Below the pieces are notes generated by a model that worked only from the letters and a program-made list of their open reading frames with translations, was not told the DNA's origin and searched no databases. Source: an uncultured Verrucomicrobiota bacterium (GTDB lineage: Bacteria > Verrucomicrobiota > Verrucomicrobiia > Palsa-1439 > CAZOTB01). From it: DNA of 10,240 nt. Within the stretch, counting starts at the first letter, position 1. Every line of letters starts with the position of its first letter. This document shows, in pieces, positions 6,932 through 10,240 of this stretch. The translations under genes and the position numbers were made by a program. Location of the stretch: the NCBI GenBank assembly GCA_964582645.1, contig CAZOTB010000204.1, forward strand, positions 1 to 10,240, read 5' to 3'.

Positions 6932-7744
6932 ATGCAGCTATTCGAAGCCATCGTGGAGGCCAACCATCGCGCCATCAATGGCTCGCGCGACGCCGGCATT
7001 CGCCTCTCGGAGTTTCGGAACTCGCTCCCCATCGCCGCGCTGACGTGCATTGACCCGCGCCTGGATCCGCTCCTGCCGGAAGTGCTCGGGGTGCCGCCGG
7101 AATTGTTCATCTGGTTGCGCAACGCGGGCAACATCATCACCGGCCCGTTGAGCAGCACCATGCGATCGCTCGCGCTCGCCTGCGCGGTCAAAGGCGGCAG
7201 GGAAATCGCCATCCTCGGTCACACTGAGTGTCGCGTCCGGCAGACGACTGTGATGGCGTTGACGGAGGCGTTCCGCAAGATGGGCGTGGATCGGTCGCGA
7301 CTGCCTGAGAACATGACCGAATTTTTCGGGCTGTTCGCGAGCGAGCGGCAGAACGTGATCAAGGCGTGCGACATCGTGCGTGCCAGCCCGCTCGTCGGTC
7401 CGAATATCCCCGTGCACGGGCTGATGGTGGACATCCACAGCGGATTACTCGAATGGGTCGTCAATGGCTACCAGACCCTGGGCGCGCCCTCGCTGGCCCC
7501 GTCGTTGAGCGACACGCAACGCATCCCGATCGGCGGCGCCACACTGGACTCGTTGATTTCGAAAGCGGCGGACAAGATTGGTAACATGGAAGTCCACACC
7601 ATGAAGATCGGTGAGATCGCCAGGAGGATCGAGCCGCTGGTGCACGAGGTCGCCAAGACCGCGCCGCAGCAGACCCAGAAGAAGGGGACTCAGCAACCGG
7701 CGCGGAAACAGGGCGCACCGCCGGTGTTGCGGCCCATCAAGTGA
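6932..7744 (+). CDS. Beta-carbonic-anhydrase-fold protein (divergent), with a roughly 90-aa low-complexity C-terminal extension
   Basis: Beta-CA zinc-ligand pattern: C-x-D-x-R in LTCIDPRLDP, FIWLRNAGNII (beta-CA xFVxRNxGNxV), and GHTECRV (H-x-x-C, but followed by R instead of the canonical G). After about residue 180 the sequence is a K/Q/P/A-rich tail (..KTAPQQTQKKGTQQPARKQGAPPVLRPIK). GAGG lies 9 nt upstream of the ATG at 6932. Confidence 0.65.
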   Translation: MQLFEAIVEANHRAINGSRDAGIRLSEFRNSLPIAALTCIDPRLDPLLPEVLGVPPELFIWLRNAGNIITGPLSSTMRSLALACAVKGGREIAILGHTECRVRQTTVMALTEAFRKMGVDRSRLPENMTEFFGLFASERQNVIKACDIVRASPLVGPNIPVHGLMVDIHSGLLEWVVNGYQTLGAPSLAPSLSDTQRIPIGGATLDSLISKAADKIGNMEVHTMKIGEIARRIEPLVHEVAKTAPQQTQKKGTQQPARKQGAPPVLRPIK

Positions 7745-7756
7745 TTCCGATGCGGA

Positions 7757-7816
7757 CAAGCTAAAGCTTGAACTCAGGCGCCGAAAACCACGGATGGACG
7801 CCTGAGCTTCAGCTTG
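7757..7816. repeat. Copy Y of the same repeat family; a long imperfect hairpin between the convergent beta-CA-like and flotillin genes, likely a bidirectional terminator structure
   Basis: The 5' arm caagctaaagct (7757-7768) pairs with agcttcagcttg (7805-7816) at 11 of 12 positions. ctcaggcg (7773-7780) pairs with cgcctgag (7799-7806). The loop is ccgaaaaccacggatgga. Both stop codons (7742-7744 + strand, 7845-7847 - strand) flank it. A 9-bp direct repeat TCCGATGCG sits at 7746-7754 and 7833-7841. Confidence 0.55.
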
Positions 7817-7844
7817 TTCGGCATCTTTCCGCTCCGATGCGCAA

Positions 7845-9389
7845 CTACGCGCTCCGTCCGGCACCCGGCTTCTTCGGTTCCTCACCGTCGCCTTTACCCA
7901 TCGCGGCCTTCAGCGCGGGCACTTGTTCGAGCAACTTCTCGAACTTGATTCCCGTCAACGACTCCAGCACGGGCGGCAACTGGCTGATGATCTGCGTGAC
8001 GTCGCCGGTAATCTTGCTCGCGCCACCACCCGCGCCATTGCCGCTGTTGATGATGACGATCTTTTCCGTTTTCGAAAGCGGCTCGGAGATGTTCTTGGCG
8101 ACGGCAGGCAGGATGTTGACGATCATCTGGATGACGGCGGCTTCGTTATACTGCTTGAACGATTCCGCCTTCTTGGCCATCGCCTCGGCCTCGGCAATGC
8201 CCTGCGCCTTGATGACTTCTGCCTGCGCGACGCCCTGCGCTTTGTTGGCGGCGGCCTGCGCTTCGCCGATGGCCTTGACCACGTCGGCGTCGGCAAAACC
8301 GCGGGCCTTTTTCGCGGCCGCTTCGCCCGCGGCCTCGGCTTCGAGCTGAAATTTGCGCGCGTTGGCGAGCGTCTCGACCTTGTAGCGCTCGGCGTCGGCA
8401 GGCCGATTGACGTTGGCATCGAGCTCGCGGGCGTTACGGAGGACTTCCTGTTCCTGCAACTCGATCTGTTTCTTCTTCTCAACGATCGCCACCGAGACTT
8501 CCTCGGCCTTGACGAGCTGTGCAGTCTTGAATTTCTGCAAATCATACGCGAGGTCGGACTCGGCTTTGCGTTGGTTCACGGAAGCCTGATAATCGGCGAC
8601 CTTCATCTGGTAATCGCGCTGGCTCTCGGCAACCTTGGTATCGGCGGTGTACTTCGCCTCCTGCCCCATCTGGTTGGCCTGGGCGCTCTTGATGACCGCG
8701 TCACGGTCCGCTTCTGCCTGGGCAATGAGAGCGTCGCGTTTGACCTGGGCGATGCGCGGTTTGCCGATGGCATCGAGGTAACCCTGGTTGTCTTTGATGT
8801 CGCGGATGGTGAAGCTGACGATCATCAAGCCCATGTTCGCGAGGTCGGTCGCGGCAACTTCCTGCACCTTCTGCGCGAATGCGTCGCGGTTCTTATAGAC
8901 TTCCTCTACGCTCAATGTGCCGATGATCGCGCGCAGGTGACCTTCGAGCGTCTGCGTGGCGATGTTCTTGATGTCGTCCTGCCCCTTGCTCAGGAACTGC
9001 TCCGCCGCGGTGGCAATGGCGATGTCGTCGCCGCGGACCTTGATCTGCGCTACGCCGTCCACGATGATCGGCACGCCCTGGAGGGTATAGACGGCGGGGG
9101 TTTGCACATCAATTGTCAGCAACTCCAGCGAGAGGAAGTTGACCTTTTCGATGACGGGGAACACAAACGTGCCGCCGCCCTTGACCACCCGGTAGCCGAC
9201 GGTTCGCCGCGTGCCATCCGGGTCCACCACGGAGTGTTTGCGGCCCGAGATCACCAGTACTTCGTTCGGGCCGACTTTCGCATACCGGCTGGCGTACACA
9301 CCGCCGAAGATCAACACCACCACGATGACGCCCACGACGGCAACGGCGACAAGAGGTACATTTGGAATGGCTGCGAGCAATAGAATCAT
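7845..9389 (-). CDS. floT: Flotillin (SPFH/band-7 domain protein, FloT/YuaG-like)
   Basis: 514 aa. N-terminal TM, then an SPFH domain (..[15 protein letters not shown]...[24 protein letters not shown]..), then a long coiled-coil E/A/K/Q-rich region ([60 protein letters not shown]) typical of bacterial flotillins. A strong SD, AGGAGA, lies 6 nt upstream of the ATG on the - strand (+ strand 9396-9401). Confidence 0.9.
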   Translation of the reverse strand: MILLLAAIPNVPLVAVAVVGVIVVVLIFGGVYASRYAKVGPNEVLVISGRKHSVVDPDGTRRTVGYRVVKGGGTFVFPVIEKVNFLSLELLTIDVQTPAVYTLQGVPIIVDGVAQIKVRGDDIAIATAAEQFLSKGQDDIKNIATQTLEGHLRAIIGTLSVEEVYKNRDAFAQKVQEVAATDLANMGLMIVSFTIRDIKDNQGYLDAIGKPRIAQVKRDALIAQAEADRDAVIKSAQANQMGQEAKYTADTKVAESQRDYQMKVADYQASVNQRKAESDLAYDLQKFKTAQLVKAEEVSVAIVEKKKQIELQEQEVLRNARELDANVNRPADAERYKVETLANARKFQLEAEAAGEAAAKKARGFADADVVKAIGEAQAAANKAQGVAQAEVIKAQGIAEAEAMAKKAESFKQYNEAAVIQMIVNILPAVAKNISEPLSKTEKIVIINSGNGAGGGASKITGDVTQIISQLPPVLESLTGIKFEKLLEQVPALKAAMGKGDGEEPKKPGAGRSA

Positions 9390-9420
9390 GGTTGGTCTCC
9401 TGTTTCTTTCACGGCTCGGT

Positions 9421-9440
9421 GAATGCCGGCGCGTGCATTC
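9421..9440 (-). other. Intra-operon stem-loop between the nfeD stop and the floT SD (gaatgc-cggcgcgt-gcattc; alternative pairing tgccgg/ccggca)
   Basis: A perfect 6-bp inverted repeat with an 8-nt GC-rich loop lies about 30 nt upstream of the floT start on the - strand. No T-tract follows on either strand. Confidence 0.3.
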
Positions 9441-9449
9441 CCGGCACCA

Positions 9450-10067
9450 TCATGCCTGTTTCACATAATACGTACCGCCCACCACGCGCGCGATCTTCAC
9501 CGCGGCGCCGGCGGGCACCGCCTGGCCCGTCTCTTCGCGTGCGGGGGAATTGTACCGCGTTCCACCCACGACGTACGCGATCTCGCCCATGCCTTTCTCT
9601 GCGATCGGCGTCACCACCGTCGCCGAAAGACCCACCAGCGACGCCACGCGCGCTTCGCTCGAACTTTGTGTGGCGGAGAAGATCTTGCTGAAAATGGCGA
9701 ACACGATCGCTGCGCCCGCGAATCCGGTAATCACGGACAGAGGCAGGTGAAACAGCGGGGAACTGGTGACATCAATCCGTGAAAACACCATTCCCGCGCC
9801 GCCAAAACAGGTGATGAAAGTGAATATGGAGACCGGGCTCAGGGGGGCAAACTCGGGCATATGGCCGCCCGTCGCGCCGGCCACTTCCGCCGGAGCATCA
9901 CCGCCGGTCGCATCGGCGCCGCCGGCATCGCCGGCCTCATGGCCACCGGAGAGATCGTGGTCGCCACCGAGCATGCCCGAGGTGACGGCGCTGATCAGAG
10001 CAAACACCAGCCCGATCAGGAAGCAGACCAGATAGACCGTAAAGAATCCGATTAAGGCAAGTGTCAT
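9450..10067 (-). CDS. NfeD-family membrane protein (YuaF-like), upstream partner of flotillin
   Basis: N-terminal TM helices (MTLALIGFFTVYLVCFLIGLVFALISAV..., ...IFTFITCFGGAGMVF..., ...VITGFAGAAIVFAIF), a G/D/A/H-rich linker, and a C-terminal beta-rich soluble domain (GEIAYVVGGTRYNSPAREETGQAVPAGAAVKIARVVGGTYYVK) matching the NfeD OB-fold tail. It sits immediately upstream of flotillin with a 60-bp gap, which is the conserved nfeD-floT arrangement. Confidence 0.8.
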   Translation of the reverse strand: MTLALIGFFTVYLVCFLIGLVFALISAVTSGMLGGDHDLSGGHEAGDAGGADATGGDAPAEVAGATGGHMPEFAPLSPVSIFTFITCFGGAGMVFSRIDVTSSPLFHLPLSVITGFAGAAIVFAIFSKIFSATQSSSEARVASLVGLSATVVTPIAEKGMGEIAYVVGGTRYNSPAREETGQAVPAGAAVKIARVVGGTYYVKQA

Positions 10068-10106
10068 AGCTCCCTCACTCGAACCAACGGCACGTACGAC
10101 GAGCGC

Positions 10107-10134
10107 ATCTTAGGAGCAGGGCGTGAAACGTCAA
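10107..10134 (-). promoter_or_regulatory. Candidate sigma70-type promoter for the nfeD-floT operon (-35 TTGACG at 10129-10134, 16-nt spacer, -10 TAAGAT at 10107-10112, read on the - strand)
   Basis: Read on the - strand: ccgTTGACGtttcacgccctgctccTAAGATgcg. This places a TSS near 10100 and gives a leader of about 33 nt to the nfeD ATG at 10067. Confidence 0.3.
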
Positions 10135-10199
10135 CGGCAAAAGGGTTTGATCTGCAAAATCGGGCGCATCTGCGGGTTGACGGTTGTAGGGCGCGAATG

Positions 10200-10229
10200 C
10201 CTCCGTCCCGCGTCGTTCAGGGACGGAGG
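10200..10229. other. Perfect 10-bp GC-rich inverted repeat (cctccgtccc ... gggacggagg, 10-nt loop) near the window edge, followed by TTT on the + strand
   Basis: Seen directly in the sequence. It lies upstream of the nfeD promoter candidate. It could be an operator or the terminator of an unseen neighbour, and cannot be resolved within the window. Confidence 0.25.
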
Positions 10230-10240
10230 TTTCGCGCCGT

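Noticed and set aside
7923-9383. 486-aa + strand ORF antisense to flotillin (and 8123..8545 -, 140 aa, R/S/P-rich)
   Set aside because: Mirror-image ORFs of the flotillin coiled-coil region. They are low-complexity, start at alternative codons and carry no SD, whereas the flotillin frame has a strong SD and full SPFH-domain architecture.
10066-10090. tRNA-like T-loop (GGTTCGAGTGA) upstream of nfeD on the - strand
   Set aside because: Only the TTCGAGT heptamer resembles a T-loop. No flanking 5-bp T-stem, acceptor stem or anticodon arm can be formed. It also overlaps the SD of nfeD.

Overview
This is a high-GC (~60%+) bacterial chromosomal segment carrying nine ordinary housekeeping or membrane genes. 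On the + strand: a 5'-truncated group-1 glycosyltransferase, the methionine-salvage isomerase mtnA, a YihX-like HAD phosphatase, an M48 lipoprotein metallopeptidase (its start overlaps the HAD stop), and a lone LivM-like branched-chain amino-acid ABC permease. On the - strand: a HemL-family class-III aminotransferase, and a classic NfeD-flotillin (yuaF-yuaG-like) pair. A beta-carbonic-anhydrase-fold protein with a long low-complexity tail sits on the + strand, divergent from the aminotransferase. The large antisense ORFs in the six-frame track (4138..5463 -, 5408..6844 +, 7923..9383 +, 1262..2056 -) are GC-driven shadow ORFs. I found no rRNA, tRNA, CRISPR, IS, integrase or toxin/defence genes, and the protein-coding content does not suggest a novel system. 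The unusual content is all intergenic. (i) The mtnA leader holds a BIME-like, symmetric cluster of four small palindromic hairpin modules (core CCGCTTCAGCGG). (ii) A roughly 60-70 nt hairpin-forming repeat family with AAGCTTGAAYTC arms sits at the 3' ends of two or three + strand genes; the 8-mer GCTTCAGC/GCTGAAGC occurs five times in the window, always intergenic, and one copy is flanked by a 9-bp direct repeat. (iii) An AT-rich 93-bp imperfect inverted repeat built from heptad tandem repeats lies immediately upstream of the livM-like start. These look like a genome-specific REP/MITE-like structured repeat family or regulatory RNA structures. They can only be confirmed with genome-wide counting and covariation analysis.
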